Part shown: piece by piece, positions 12,860-26,225 of the stretch
Numbering within the stretch: the stretch's first letter is position 1
Layout: the number at the start of each line of letters is the position of its first letter
Assembly: GCF_006345805.1 (NCBI RefSeq)
Contig: NC_043007.1
Location: 71,858,001 to 71,922,000 of the forward strand
DNA: 64,000 nucleotides
Source of the DNA: Octopus sinensis
Taxonomy: Eukaryota
Direction: 5' to 3'
The notes under the pieces: generated by a model
What the model saw: only the letters and a program-made list of their open reading frames with translations
Database searches by the model: none
What the model was told of the DNA's origin: nothing
Position numbers and translations under genes: made by a program

Positions 12860-13310
12860 ATATGACCTTGGATCTTGAAAGTTTACACATACACATATGT
12901 ATATACACATATATATATATACATATGTATATACATACATAATATATATACATATGTATATACATACATATATATATATATGTATATACATACATATATA
13001 TATATATATACACATGTATATACATATATATACATAATTATATACATATATATACATATGTATATACATATATATACATAATTATATACATATATATACA
13101 TATGTATATACATATATATACATATGTATATACATATATATACACATATGTATATACATATATATACACATATGTATATACATATATATACACATATGTA
13201 TATACATATATATACACATATGTATATACATATATATATACACATATGTATATACATATATATATACACATGTATATACATATATATATATACACATGTA
13301 TATACATATC
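12860..13310. repeat. Compound TA/TACA satellite with 24-bp higher-order unit
   Basis: Repeated TATATACACATATGTATATACATA. The 8-aa periodicity in the ORF track confirms the period. Confidence 0.85.
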
Positions 13311-13363
13311 CCTCTCTCTCTTTCGGAGATGCACTGAGCAGCTATACGCACACATACACACAC

Positions 13364-13518
13364 AGCAGTAACTTCCACCTACCGAATTCACTCACAAAGC
13401 TTCGGTCGACTCGGGGCTATAGCGGAAGACACCTACCCAAAGTGCCACGCAGTGGGACTGAACCCGAAACCATGTAGCTAGGAAGCAAGCTCCCTAACCA
13501 CACAGTCATGCCCGCGCC
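13364..13518 (-). mobile_element. SINE head, divergent family-A variant
   Basis: Reverse strand GGCGCGGGCATGACTGTGTGGTTAGGGAGC...GGGTTCAGTCCC, a tRNA-like head. Confidence 0.7.
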
Positions 13519-13556
<38 letters not shown>

Positions 13557-13686
13557 CATATACATATGTATATACATACATAAATACATATACACATATA
13601 TATATATACATACATAAATACATATACACATATATATATATACATACATACATATACACATATATATATACATACATACATATACA

Positions 13687-13763
<77 letters not shown>

Positions 13764-13839
13764 TTTTTTTCGCTGTAGTTTCAGCTCATAGCTGCGGCCA
13801 TGGTGATGCACCACCACTTTGCTACACTGTTATTACTTA

Positions 13840-14110
13840 GAGACTCCTCCAATATGTGGCACTTGGTGAAGAATGGAGTTTGATGTAGCTACCCTCACTT
13901 GCACCTCTTGCCGTGAGGTAGGTTCATCTGGGACTCTCTACGGAAAGAGGTCCAGCTTTGATTTAAAAATGCCTACATCGGCTTTGTGCAAGTTCCTCAG
14001 GCTCTTTGGGAGAATATTAAAAAGCTGTGGACCCCTGAAACCCAGGCTGTTGCAGTAGCTGGTCCTGATGTGCGATGGTGTTGCTGGGATCTTTGGCACT
14101 ATGCAGTGTC
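13840..14110 (-). mobile_element. CR1/Jockey-group LINE, 3' RT fragment
   Basis: Reverse translation YCNSLGFRGPQLFNILPKSLRNLHKADVGIFKSKLDLF..VPDEPT resembles the C-terminal tail of these RTs. Confidence 0.6.
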
Positions 14111-14308
14111 ATCCTGTTCTGGCATTAGTGTAGCTTTCAAAGCATTTCATCCTTTCAGGGTCGATAAATTAAGTACCAATGAAAAACTGGGATCAATGTA
14201 CTTGACTACTCCCCTTTTAGGCCTTATGTCTGTAATAGAAAGGTTTATTTTTATCATTATTATTTTTATTTTAAGAATCCAGTCAAATGTAGAAAAGACT
14301 ATGTTTAC

Positions 14309-14813
14309 CTGTCCGTAAAACTTTGGTATGCATGGTTTCATGAAAGATGATTACACTTGGTCCCATAGTAGAGAGGGAGAGGTTCAAATTGCACCGTTTA
14401 TTCGCTGCTTTCAGCTCTTCTGCAAAATGTTTCCCATACGCATTAGAAGCATCACCGAGAAAGTAAAAGAGATCATTGTGCAGGCGCTCAGCACGTGTTC
14501 TGTAGATAACAATGTCAGAGACAGCAAGGACTTTGAGTAGAAGGCGTGTTCTTTGGTTTTGGTTTTTTGTCACACCCAACATACCTTCAGTGTCTATGAT
14601 TACTGCTTTGTTTATTGGATCATAAGCTGCCCAAACTCCTATGGTGCAGGAGTCCTGAGATGTTGAAGTTGGAAACACCTCTTTACCATGGAAAAAAGTG
14701 TGGTTGAGTGTATGAGATTTGCCATCACCAGTGTTGCCAAATATAGAAATAACTTTCACAAGACAGTTTACGTTACATCCAAGTCTCTTAAGTAGATCTT
14801 CCTCACTTTCAAT
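14309..14813 (-). CDS. ZFYVE1: ZFYVE1 coding exon 2 (P-loop NTPase domain)
   Basis: tttcag|ATT GAA ... ACA G|gtaaac, 505 nt. Contains VISIFGNTGDGKSHTLN (Walker A), CTIGVW, IDTEG and RTRLLLKVLAVSD. Confidence 0.97.
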
Positions 14814-15493
14814 CTGAAAAAGATAAATGGTAAATAAAAATATATATAATACATTAAAAATATGTAATAAAAATAAGGATGATGAAAATAAAAAGCTAAT
14901 TCTATGTTATTTTTAATGACAAAAAAGAAAAAATCCTAAATTATGATTCTATAATGAATACTGGGTTCTTTGGACTAAGACCCCTGCCTTGTGTTTTCAA
15001 AGAACAGATGATGAGATTTTGTGACAGGTATGTCTTTTCCAAATGGCAATTTTTGGTTCACCAGAAGCCAATCTATTGTTACATTACTAAAACTCCTGAT
15101 AGATATATAATTCTGAAAGCTGATGAAACCACTTACTTTTAAAATACACAGATGGAGTATGGTCATATTAAAGTTCCATAACACCAAATAGGATATATGA
15201 ATGTGAGATGAACACCTAGTAAAAATTAAAGACTAAATACTAAGCCAGTTTACCTGTAATTTAAATAGGGACTAAGATTTGCAAAAGCTGGGAGGCATTT
15301 GAATTATACAGGGAAGCTTTGAAATATTGATTTCAAATTTTGATATAAGGCCAACAATTTGGGGGCAGAGGGTAAGTCAATTACATTGACCCCAGTGCTC
15401 AACTGATACTTATTTTATTGACCCCAAAAGGATGAAAAGCAAAGTCAATCTCATTAGAATTTGAACTCAGAACATAAAGATGGACAAAATTCT

Positions 15494-15712
15494 TATTTCT
15501 TTATTGCCCACAAGGGGCTAAACAAGGATAGACAAAGGGATTAAGTCGATTACATCAACTCCAGTGTGTAACTGGTACTTAATTTATCGACCCTGAAAGG
15601 ATAAACGGCAAAGTCAACCTCGGCAGAATTTGAACTCAGAACGTAACGGCAGACAAAATACCGGTAAGCATTTTGTCCAGCGTGCTAATGATTCTGCCAG
15701 CACGCCGCCTTT
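15494..15712 (-). mobile_element. SINE family C, young copy with 14-bp TSD, nested in an older copy of the same family
   Basis: ATGGACAAAATTCT at 15480-15493 and 15713-15726. Core GCCTTTCATCCTTTCGGGGTCGATAAATTAAGTACCAG-like. Confidence 0.85.
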
Positions 15713-16116
15713 ATGGACAAAATTCTGCAAAGTACTTTGCCCAGCATAGTCATGATTCTGTCAGCTTGATGCCCAAAGATGTTTAAATATTAGCCGCAAA
15801 TTTTGGTACAAAACTAGCAGTTTCAGAGTTGATTGCATCAACTTCAATGTTCAACCAATACTTACTTTATCAATCCCAAAAGGATGAAAGGCAAAATTAA
15901 CCTCTTCAGCATTCAAACACAGAATGTAAAAATAGATGAAATGCTGTTAAGCATTTTGCCTAGAACGCAAAAAATTCTGCCAGCTTGCTTCCTAAAGACT
16001 TTGAAATATTAAAAGAAAATAATTTGAAATGGTTTAAAATGAATAAATATGATCCTCTTGACAGATTTTTCCAAAATCTTCCATAAAGTCATAGGCTACT
16101 TGTTTTCTCTCTTTGT

Positions 16117-16517
16117 CTTTTATTTGTTTCAGTCATGTGACTGTGGACATGCTGGAGCACTGCCTTTAGTAAAGAAAATCGACCTCAGGACTTATTCTTT
16201 AGAAGCCTAGTACTTGTTCTATTGATTTCTTTTGCCGAACCGCTAAGTTACGGGGACGTAAACACACTACCATCGGTTGTCAAGCGAAGTTGGGGAGACA
16301 AACACAGACACACAAACATACACACACACATATATATATATATATACATATATACGACGGGCTTCTTCGAGCTTCCTTCTACCAAATCCACTCACAAGGC
16401 TTTGGTTGGCCCGAGAATATAGTAGAAGACACCTGTCCAAGGTGCCACGCAGTGGGAATGAACCCGGAACTATGTGGTTGGTAAGCAAGCTTCTTACTAC
16501 ACAGCCACACCTGCACC
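16117..16517 (-). mobile_element. SINE family A, full length
   Basis: tRNA-like head GG(C/T)GCAGG..TGGCTGTG..GGGTTCA.TCCC, internal microsatellite, ...GACTGAAACAA tail. Confidence 0.9.
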
Positions 16518-17030
16518 ATTTTTTATTGTTTTTTAAATGTCAAAAGTACCTTAACTTTTTTTTATACCAATTTACTCTTACCATATAAATCTAATTTTCA
16601 AGTCTTCTGACTTAAACTAACAACTTTCAAAGCCATTTTATGTAAGAAACTTTTATACTTTGAAACACCAGCTTAATAATGAAACAGCTATTTTACTAAA
16701 TCACTCCCATCAAAATAAATACACAGTGCATTTTTGAAGAATTAAGCACATGGAAAGGTTAGGGAAAGGGCTATATATTCAACAACACCTTTCTAAGTTG
16801 GAACATCTAGAATGCGAACTCAATAGATAATCCTTAACTGTTAAGTAACACGTTGATAAGGTGAAATAAATACTTCTGACTAGACTGCTGTCTGGTTGCA
16901 TCATACCTTTATTTAGTGTTACTTAATGTTTTTAAAATCACCTGTGTTCCAGAAGTGCAACTATTGTGAAGCAAATTATTTATAGCATAGACAATTTCTT
17001 CTCAAAGTAGACTCTTTAGTGGAATATTTG

Positions 17031-17437
17031 GATCTTTTCGGTTTGAACTGCAGTTTTTTCTAGCGGTGTCATATGAAATTATCACCTATAATTATGACCC
17101 TAGTATTGATCTATTGCATTTCAATCTGTTTTAGGGTTAGGGGTGGGGAAGGGTATCTTTTTTTCTTCACAAATGTAAATAAACCCAATCTGTTTCTTAA
17201 ACGAGGGACATATTCATACGGCACAGAATGTTTTTTTACCTAATGGACGTTATTGATTGGTTGAAATTGCAGAAATTGAAGAAGAAAACAACAAATATCT
17301 TACAAACTATAGAATTTTCTCAATAAAACCAAGAGAAAAAGATGTTTTATAAACACATTCTACCAGTATATGAAGCTTAAATTTTTTTTAGTTACCTAGA
17401 AATTATGTTAAAAACTGCCGTTCAAACCAAAAAGATC
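17031..17437. mobile_element. MITE with about 28-bp TIRs
   Basis: GATCTTTTCGGTTTGAACTGCAGTTTTT ... AAAAACTGCCGTTCAAACCAAAAAGATC. Confidence 0.75.
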
Positions 17438-18066
17438 TGAATATTTTATAAGGGTATTGGGGACAAAGGGGCAATAGATACATCTAGGAGGTTAGTCTTT
17501 GTCTCCTAATTAAATATCAACCTAATAAAAAAACTGCTTATTAGCAACAATCAGAATAGCAATGACAATGACAACAAAGAGACTTTGTTGAGAGACTATG
17601 CAAATAAACAAGACTGAATATATACAACCTTTGCATGTGAACTATAAATAACTGAAATATTATTTAAAAGACATTGTCAATATTCGTGGGTAATTCCATA
17701 CATGCAACAAAAAAAAAACATTCTCGTGTGTGAGTGTGTATGTGTTGAGAATATAGAAAATACATTAAAACAGACAATAAAGATAACTTGCACCTGGAAT
17801 CTATGTATCAGAACTTGACCAGATCTACAAGGTAATGATTGATAGGGGACATAATTAAAAGTCAAGTGGTGGTGGTGCATCAGATACTCACTTATACTAG
17901 GGGTGGGGGTGATGTGGAAATGAGTCACCCATGCCAAACTTGTAGTGCCCAGAACTAAATTACTCTGGTCTGATATTATGTGAAAGTACACTAAAAATGA
18001 GAGGAAGGGGAGGGGGCACTGAATCATAACAATGAGCAGCATTTAAAAAGTGTTCATAGAAGAAAA

Positions 18067-18450
18067 GGCACAGGAGTGGCTGTGTGGTAAGTAGCCTGCT
18101 TACCAGCCACACTGTTCCAGGTTCAGTCCCACTGCATGGCACCTTGGGAAAGTGTCTTCTACTATAGCCTCGGGCCGACCAAAGCCTTGTGAGTGGATTT
18201 GGTAGACGGAAACTGAAAGAAGCCTGTCGTGTATATATATGTGTGTGTGTGTGTGCTTGTGTGTCTGTGTTTTTCCCCCCAACATCGCTTGACAACCGTC
18301 CCCGTTACTTAACGGTTCGGCAAAAGAGACCGATAGAATAAGTACTAGGCTTACAAAGAATAAGACCTGGGGTCGATTTGCTCGACTAAAAGGCGGTGCT
18401 CCAGCATGGCTGCAGTCAAATGACTGAAACAAGTAAAAGAGTAAAGAGTA
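18067..18450 (+). mobile_element. SINE family A, full length
   Basis: GGCACAGGAGTGGCTGTGTGGTAAGTAGC head to GACTGAAACAAGTAAAAGAGTAAAGAG tail. Confidence 0.92.
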
Positions 18451-19349
18451 TTAGTTAAAAATGTGAGACACACTGACGTAGACATATACTTAAATCATAT
18501 ACTTAAATCTGTACTAATATTTTAATTTAATTAATGTAAACAATACTAAATTTTATTGTTATATAGCATTACTATAATCCTTATGTCTGTTATTATTCAA
18601 AAATTGAGTTGGTTGGTTGGGTTTTCTCAACACACATTTATGCCACTTGTGAGGGTTTTGTCATTACTTTTGAGGGACTCAATCACCAGAGATGAGCTTT
18701 TTTCACTTCTTCTCATGTCGTCTTTGATCTTCTTCTCGAGGTTTCTTCCATTTAAATTACTTGGCAGTACTTCTTTTATTTAACTGTCCCACACGCAAAA
18801 GACACCCAAACTAGGATTTTTTTTATTTGCTGGTTCTGGAGGAAGGCGCAACTCCCAGAGTCTCCCAGACCAGTGAAATTGATGCCATTACTGTTTCACT
18901 TGAACCATTGGAAGTCAACAGCTGCAGGAAAAATATGACAAGCAGAGAGGAAATTCCAGAGAACCGACACCCTGGGAAGGAAGGACCAGACCATGCTAAG
19001 GGATTAGTGTGGAACCTGGGGGAAGGAAGGGCATCACAAGGGTGATGGAAGGAGGAGAGACAAGTAGAACACAGGTGACATGGACACAGGAGCAGAGACC
19101 ATTATGTTAGCAGTAAAAATGGCAAAGAGAGGAAACTTGGTACCTGCAGGCCTGAGGTTGGAGTGCATTTGTGAGTGACTTTATTACTAATCAGTTAGGT
19201 GGCCCTTTTCAAGATGCAAGTCAAGGCTATCTATGTGAGCAGTAGTAGCAACATTGTCCCAGATATGAGAGAAATGCTCCATTGTAGGCCCCACCTAAAT
19301 TTTATAGAGTGTTAATAATAGTTAGTTGCCTCTTATAGCCATTTTTGCT

Positions 19350-19780
19350 CTATCATTCATGTACACCAAAATTACATATCCAGCAGGCCATGCTAGCCTC
19401 ATTTCTTTCCAGAATTCACACAGCTTTTGTATTCAATGACTATGTCTCATTATTAAGCAGCATTAAACTTTTGTGTACAGATATCATATAATTTAGCCTT
19501 CACTTCATGAGAGAATCCCCTTAGTTACCAGAAGTAACAGTTCCTTCAGCTTTTAAAGTCTCATTCTTATTTTGGCCATTATGCTTTTGAGAATTATGTT
19601 GACAATGTGTCTAAATATTATATCAGTAGAATGTATGTAGAACCTAATGACAGACTCTTACTCGCATGTACTCATATGCTGTTTTTGTTGAAGCTCTTGT
19701 CTTTTCTTGCTTTCCCCAAATTGAGCAGCTATTTAAAAAATGATGCTACGTCATAAACTGTTTTGAATACAAATCATAAA
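19350..19780 (-). mobile_element. Possible pogo/Tigger transposase N-terminal remnant
   Basis: Heavily decayed reverse frame (GFSHEVKAKLYDICTQK...) loosely resembling CENP-B/Tc5 HTH regions; many stops. Confidence 0.3.
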
Positions 19781-20042
19781 ATCTAATTTCATTTATCAAA
19801 AATTACTGAACAGAAATAGAGCAGAATAGCCATTCACTATTTTTATATAAATTATTTACAAGTCGTCTATGTTTAAAACTCTCTCTCACTCTCTGCTGAA
19901 AATTAATATTAACATACTCTTGTTCATAAAAATAATCTTGAATGAAGAGGCAATAACACTTTACCTCTATACCATGGTGAAAACTGACACTCTCTTTTAT
20001 TATGTAAACATACATGACAAAGATATTACTGCTACTTTTATT

Positions 20043-20258
20043 AAGGTGGTGAGCAGAATCATTAGCACACTGGGCAAAATGCTTAACAGCATTTCATCCG
20101 TCTTCACACTGTGAGTTAAAATTCCACCAAGGTTAGCTTTGCCATTCATCGTTTTGGGATTGATAAAATAAATGCCAGTCAAGCACTGTGGTCGATGTAA
20201 TCAACTTACCACCTCCCCCAAAAGTTGCTGGTCTTGTGCAAAAATTTGAAACCATTAT
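20043..20258 (+). mobile_element. SINE family C, old subfamily
   Basis: Degenerate head plus GATAAAATAAATGCCAG core and CCCAAAAGTTGCTGGTCTTGTGCAAAAATTTGAAACC tail. Confidence 0.65.
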
Positions 20259-20349
20259 GATTATTAATTCTATTATTGAGTGAGAAAGCAGCACGTCAAA
20301 GTGACACTGGGATACAAATATATGAAGCCCAATATACCCATTGTGACTA

Positions 20350-20857
20350 CTGTAAATCCTTGTGTATAATCCGCATTTTTTCCCCCAAAATTTAAAGGTC
20401 AAAATCCCTAGTGTGTACTATATATGAGGTTAAAAATGAAAATTATTTTTTAAGCAATGTCCGAGTCTCTATTTGTTGTCTGGCAATGTTTATTCAGATG
20501 CATTTTGTGATGTCGGGCGTGAAAATACCTTAAGCTAAGCTTGAAAGCAATGAAGTCATAAAAGAATCATCCATAACTTGCAATAAGCAACATTTATTAA
20601 ACATTTTTACTGTTATTACTGTTATTTCTTTATTTTCTGTAAACAAAATGCACAAAAAAGCTGCACGTTTGCATTAAGTTATATATACAATAATAATAAA
20701 GGACATTACTGTATTTTACAAACCAAGGACGTTATATAGACTCAAGTTAGAGAAGGGGTGCGTATTATACACAAGGTTTAGGTTTTTCAGGGGTACAGCT
20801 CCCTAAAAATCTCCTGCATGTTATACTCAAGGGCAGACTATACTCGAGGATTTACGG
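20350..20857. mobile_element. pogo-type MITE
   Basis: TA-CTGTAAATCCTTGTGTATAATCCGC ... GCAGACTATACTCGAGGATTTACGG-TA TIRs with TA flanks. Confidence 0.8.
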
Positions 20858-20859
20858 TA

Positions 20860-21320
20860 CTCATCTGATAAGGGTACAAGCACATACATCACAACCATAT
20901 TTGTGTAACATGGTAACCTCATATTGAGATAAACAGCACATGACCTAGCAGGTGGAAACCAGTTAGAATTTTCTTCAGGTTGAATAGCCCATCCCACTCA
21001 AAAGGTTCCTTAATAAGGGTTGTTTTAGGATGAATGAAACACCCATGTTTCCAATGGTGGATCATTCAAATCCCAAAGAATTCCTCTCAACACATGGCTA
21101 TGATGCTCCCCCACTACTCCTGCTCATGATCAAAATGGCACATATTGTCAGCCACTAAGGGACATGCTCAACTGGTTAAGGTCAAGCAAATGACAAGCAA
21201 GTCTGTGGTATTGAGCAGAATATTTGCTGTATCCCACCATTTACACCAAGACAAAACATGTACATGTTAGCACATCCAATCAGTCAAGATCAAAAGCCAC
21301 AAGAACCACTGCCTGGTAGG
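20860..21320. mobile_element. Interspersed repeat family H (class not determined)
   Basis: About 300 bp is shared in opposite orientation with 55960-56290 (CCTCTCAACACATGGCTATGATGCTCCCCC ... CCACTAAGGGACATGCTCAACTG). Confidence 0.7.
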
Positions 21321-22453
21321 GGCCTATCTTGAATGCTAGAAATTGTACATGTGCCCTACTTAACACTGTGCAAACACAACTGATCATGGAATCATGTAAA
21401 TGTTAGATAGCCTCCATGACAAGTATAAGTTGTTTTTAATCAAACTTTCCAGACAATAACAAAGCCTCTCTGCTCACTTTGCTATTTAATTAGTTCTAAG
21501 GGGAGGTCCCATCACCATTGGCATGACAAAAGATGAGTGTGAAAAGATTATGGAGATACTGGAATGTAGGTAAATAGATGTGGGTAATCAATGGGAATAT
21601 TCCAGAGTGAGAGCTTGTCTGTAATATTGTTCACCATCTTGGCATTGAACCCTGTGTCAACACTGTTGCAGAAATACCAGGGGCTTCAGAGAGATTACTA
21701 TGCACACTGAAAATATGAATGCTTTCATGAAATTCACCCATACCTTCAATCATTAACACTGTGTAAAATTTTGGGGCCTGACTTTCCTATGTTTATGTAC
21801 CTGCATTGCCCTCTCTAATCCTCCTTCTAGAAAACAAGAAGGTGCAATTTGGTATTGATTCTCATTGCAATGACAGTGCAGTATTACTGGTGCAGCACAA
21901 CAACGACTTCTCCACACTTATGGCAACTCATCCCCCACTATCCAAGACTGACTAAGGTTGAAATCTCATTCAATACTTTCAGGAGGAATTGTTACCATGC
22001 TGCTTCCATTTATTACAGCATGTTCCATAATAATGTTTTTTTTATTCAGCTGTCTTCCATACTGCCCCAATACATTGGTTTCCTAACTCTACTATGTTAT
22101 TTGGATGTTCTTCCTCTTCAATATGGCAAATTTCTTTGGCCTCAGTATCTCACCTGCCTTTAATATGCAGTGGGTGGTTAGGGTGGTAGATTTCTTTTTC
22201 CTCACAGTGCAGTCCGTTTTCTTGCATTTCATTTCAGTCCTGTTTACAAGTAGTGTTCCATGTAAACAATGGAATTCCCAAAATTCCATAGTATCCTGCA
22301 GTAGCAAGTTCTTAATACTTGAAACTTCATCAGTAATGTTAAAAGCAGTTGGATTTTTGCAGTAGCACTATATGGCTCAGTTCCTCTAAAACAAGGCAGA
22401 AAACTAAGCCACACTAACAGAAACTTGCTACCACACACTACCATTCTCTTCAA

Positions 22454-22669
22454 CCCTTTAGCATTTAAACTGGCCTTAAGTGACCAAAATATTCTACCTG
22501 TTTAATGTTCAAAGCAGCTAGATCCAGCCTCTCACATCTTATAAAATTATTTTAAAAATGAACAATCACATTATCAAAATCTTTAAGCTTCAAGATAATG
22601 TATGATTAATTCAAGACAACTTGAATAAAGAAGCATTGCATTTGACAAAATAATCTGAATGCTAAAGGG
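22454..22669. mobile_element. piggyBac-type MITE (second copy)
   Basis: CCCTTTAGCATTT ... AATGCTAAAGGG-TTAA. Confidence 0.7.
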
Positions 22670-23214
22670 TTAAAACAATAATGGATGCACTTGGAATGGT
22701 CATAACAGCCTCAGTAAATGCTACTGTAACTTAACATCTCTGTCAAACCACAGACGTTTGCAGTGCCAGTTAGTCCTTGTCTCAACTTGGTTTCAATCTC
22801 AACACTCCTCTTGACATCACTTAAGGGTATTGCATAAATACGTCAAAAGCTCTAAATTGCTTGCTTCTGGACTGTTGCAACCAGCTTCCCTTTAATTTTA
22901 ATGCAGAAAGTTTTTATCTGATCCTGCATTACATGCAAATTGCAGCTTTGTGGGGTTTTGGTGTCGCTGGAATAGCTAATCCAGCTGGTTTAACAAAGAT
23001 TTCAGTTTTGCCCTTGTTTACCACCCCTCATACTAGGAGTACTCTGGTCTTCATTCCTTCTGAACAGTTTCCAGTACATCTCAATAGGAATTCCAAGACC
23101 GTCACAAAGAGGACTTGAGAAATAGCATGCTCCATCATGATGCTTATTTTTAGTGTCTACCAGTTGGTCATGAATTCCTATGAATACTGAATTAAGATGT
23201 AACATTATAATCAT

Positions 23215-23400
23215 TTAATGTCTGTTTCCCATGCTGGCATGGGTTGGACAGTTTGACAGGAGCTGGCAAAGTTGGGAACTGCACCAGGCTCTACTGCTTG
23301 TTTTGGCGTGGTTTCTACAGCTGGATGCCCTTCCTAATGCCTGTCACTTTACAGAGTGTACCAGATGCCTTTTATGTGGCACCAGTGCTTCTCACCCACC
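23215..23400 (-). mobile_element. Repeat family D, partial
   Basis: CATTTAATGTCTGTTTCCCATGCTGGCATGGG ... GGATGCCCTTCCTAATGCC. Confidence 0.7.
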
Positions 23401-23569
23401 TGTGAGAAGCAAAAAGGCCAATTCTTTTTCATTAGTTCATGGAACATTATTCCATATGCATGTTGCAGGTCAAACCAGATAACATGAAAGGCTCTTTTCT
23501 TTTAACCTTTCTTAGAATGTTGAATGAAGTTTCAAATCATCTGGATGTGCTTAAGACAACCTGGAAATC

Positions 23570-24130
23570 CTAAGACATCAGCTTTCTGAATCACTATGGA
23601 TGAAGCATGAGTCAGACATGCAAACTACGTGTCCAGCTCATCAATACCTGTTTAGTGTGGAATCAATATTGCCAGTGTTAGTTTGAAGAAGTATTTCTGT
23701 GTATGTAATCCTATCTTGCCAGCTGACATTGAAAGAATCTGGAAACACTGGATAAATAAGGCTGCCTTAATAATGTGTTGGTTGTGTGTGTTCCAGGTCT
23801 TGCACACATATAAGAAAAATTGGAAATATACAGGTTGTCCAGTAGATGGAGATTTTGGTATGGTGGCTAAGATAATTGTTTCTGTCAATCCTTTCAAAAG
23901 GTGCAATGACCAGTTAAAGGTGGTACTGAATCTCATCACCCAATATTCCTCACTGTACATTTGAATGAACCAATGAATAGTCATTCAAAATGATGATGCC
24001 AAGATATGTACAGCGGGAGACTGTTTTAATGCTGTCGTACCAAAGAGAGTAGGACTGGAGGATGGTACAGCATGTCACTGACACTCTTTCACAAGTTATG
24101 GCTACTAGAGCTCTAAAAGCACAGCATACC
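23570..24130 (-). mobile_element. RTE-clade LINE, RT C-terminal fragment
   Basis: Reverse translation CTYLGIII ... TKISIY ... SWQDRITYTEILLQT ... AGHVVCMSD. Confidence 0.65.
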
Positions 24131-24283
24131 ATAGCTCAATAATCTGTTCAGAGCTGAGCTTAGTGATCTGCAGCTTTCTGCTGTTTAAAGTTTCTGTTGA
24201 ATCAGAAGTTAATAACGTCTTCCCATCCTCTTTCTATTTTGAGAAATGACAGCATAGTCACATAAATGAATACATTAAACCAA

Positions 24284-24777
24284 TTGTCACCTAACTTTTT
24301 TGACCACTGACCCCCTTTAGCCACTTCTTCCACATTGACCACCCTCCTCATTTAAAATATCTTAATATGCTACCCTACTGTACTGTATCTTAAATGCATA
24401 GCAGGTACTGATGCTGGCAATTAAAATGTTAGCTAAAATATACATGTATGACAAATTAAGAAATTCTATTGAAGATGACACACTTTTTACATTTAAAACT
24501 AGGTGTATCAGTATACAGTATTAAACTTTCAATTTTTATGAAATTGTTTCCACGGATATAAAATGTGAAAAGCACATCATTATGCTGGAATATCTTTTAT
24601 TGAAATTGACAACATCAATGTGAGGGATGAGCATGGTGCTAAGTATTTCAGGCAGTTCATCTGGGTGAGCTGGTCTTTCACATGCCGACCCCCATTCAAC
24701 CCCTTGGCTATGATTGACCCCCTATAATTCCTCACTGACCCCTAGGGGTCCTGCAGACCCCTTTTGGTGACCCCTGC
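24284..24777. mobile_element. Possible hAT-type MITE
   Basis: Right end TTGGTGACCCCTG; degenerate left end ...GTCACCTAACTTTTTGACC; internal GACCCC sub-repeats. Confidence 0.4.
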
Positions 24778-25289
24778 ATTTAACAGTCCAGGAGCCAGCA
24801 TGTAGCCAAACCTGGCTCCTGTTTTTACACTGAATAACTGATTTCTACCGCCTGCAATTAACAACTTCATAGCTGTTAAACTGGCAGAGGCAATCTGACA
24901 GAACATTTCATACAATTTCTCTATTAACAATTTTAAAAGCCTTTTACAGATCCACAAATGCAATGAACAGAACTGGATGTTATTGCTTGCATTTTTCTCA
25001 AAGCTGCCTTGACTGGATCAGTTACAGCAGATACCACACAGTGACTCTCGTGTAATATTTTCTAATATTAGAGCAGTTTTTCAAACCTGATCTTGGCCAA
25101 GATTTTTGTATCAACTTGGAGGAAACAGATTTTTCTCCTTTGTTTATGTAGTGACAATGTTAGTCATTTCAACATTGATTTCTCTTGGTTCCATGCTATC
25201 ATAACGTAGATCTCAGCTAAACTGTTGTATGATCCTGATTTTTGAACGTTCAGCATTTTTGATACAGCAGAGGTTGGTGGCTCTATCAG

Positions 25290-25562
25290 TTGTTGTTTGT
25301 TCCTTCTCGAGCCATGCCTGGCTCATAAGGGCTGGTTTCCCGGTTTCCTTGGCGTATAGGTTACCCACCTGGATGGGACGCAGGTGAGCTGCAAGATGCA
25401 GGAGGAAAGAGTGAGAGAAAGTTGTGGCAAAAGAGTCAGCAGAAGTTCGCCATTACCTTCTGTGTTTCGCTCATAAACACATACATCGCCAGGTCTGAGA
25501 TTCGAACCAGCGATCCCTCAACCGTCAGTCTGCTGTTCTAACCACTAGACCATGTGCCTCCA
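25290..25562 (-). mobile_element. tRNA(Arg)-like SINE, family F
   Basis: Reverse complement of the family at 36628-36931. Imperfect TGGCTC(A)TATCAGT flanking duplication. Confidence 0.85.
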
Positions 25563-25759
25563 TGGCTCATATCAGTGACAGTTTACGAGTATTTCCCAAA
25601 ATTCTCCCTGGCTGGAGTCACTGGTTTAGGAGTTGGTTGACAGGTTTTTCTCCAATGATCCACTGTCAATAGGAATTTGAATTTTTTAAGGTTTTCAATT
25701 TACCATTCATTTGCACACACACACACAGCAAGATGATGTCTCTGGATAAACTTTGAAGC

Positions 25760-26225
25760 TAAGAAAAAAAAAGAGGTTGTGAAGGGGGATGGATGGGTTG
25801 AAAAGAGGAAACGGAGGGGAAACGAAGAGGGACAGAGGCAGGAAGAGAAAAAAGTAGGGGAGAGGGAATAAAGACAGGAAGGAAAGACAGAAAGAATGAC
25901 GGAAGGGGAATGAAGGGAGGGAGAGGGGCATTGGAGAGAAGGAATGAATGAAGGAAGGAAGAATCGAAGAAAGTGAAAAAAAAAACAAAAAAAAATAATA
26001 AAGGCAGTGAATGAAAAGTATAAACAAAGCAAGAAATATACAAAAAAAAAAGAACGAAATACGGACAGAGTAAAAAGAAAGGGAAAGAGAGAAAGCAATT
26101 AAACAAGACAATAAAGTACCGAGAGAAAAAAGAAACGAAAAAGACGGGAAAACAAAAACACGGTAATCGGAAAAAGAGAAGGAAAACAAAAGAAAATATA
26201 AGTACAAAAAGACAGGAGAGAAGAA
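25760..26225. repeat. Purine-rich (GA/A) low-complexity tract
   Basis: Direct inspection. The overlapping Phe/Ser/Leu-rich ORFs are artefacts. Confidence 0.85.

Noticed and set aside
17135-17165. TTAGGGTTAGGG telomere-like motif
   Set aside because: Only two units, internal to a MITE.
25700-26207. Hydrophobic Phe/Leu/Ser-rich membrane-protein-like ORFs
   Set aside because: They are the antisense reading of a GA-rich low-complexity tract.
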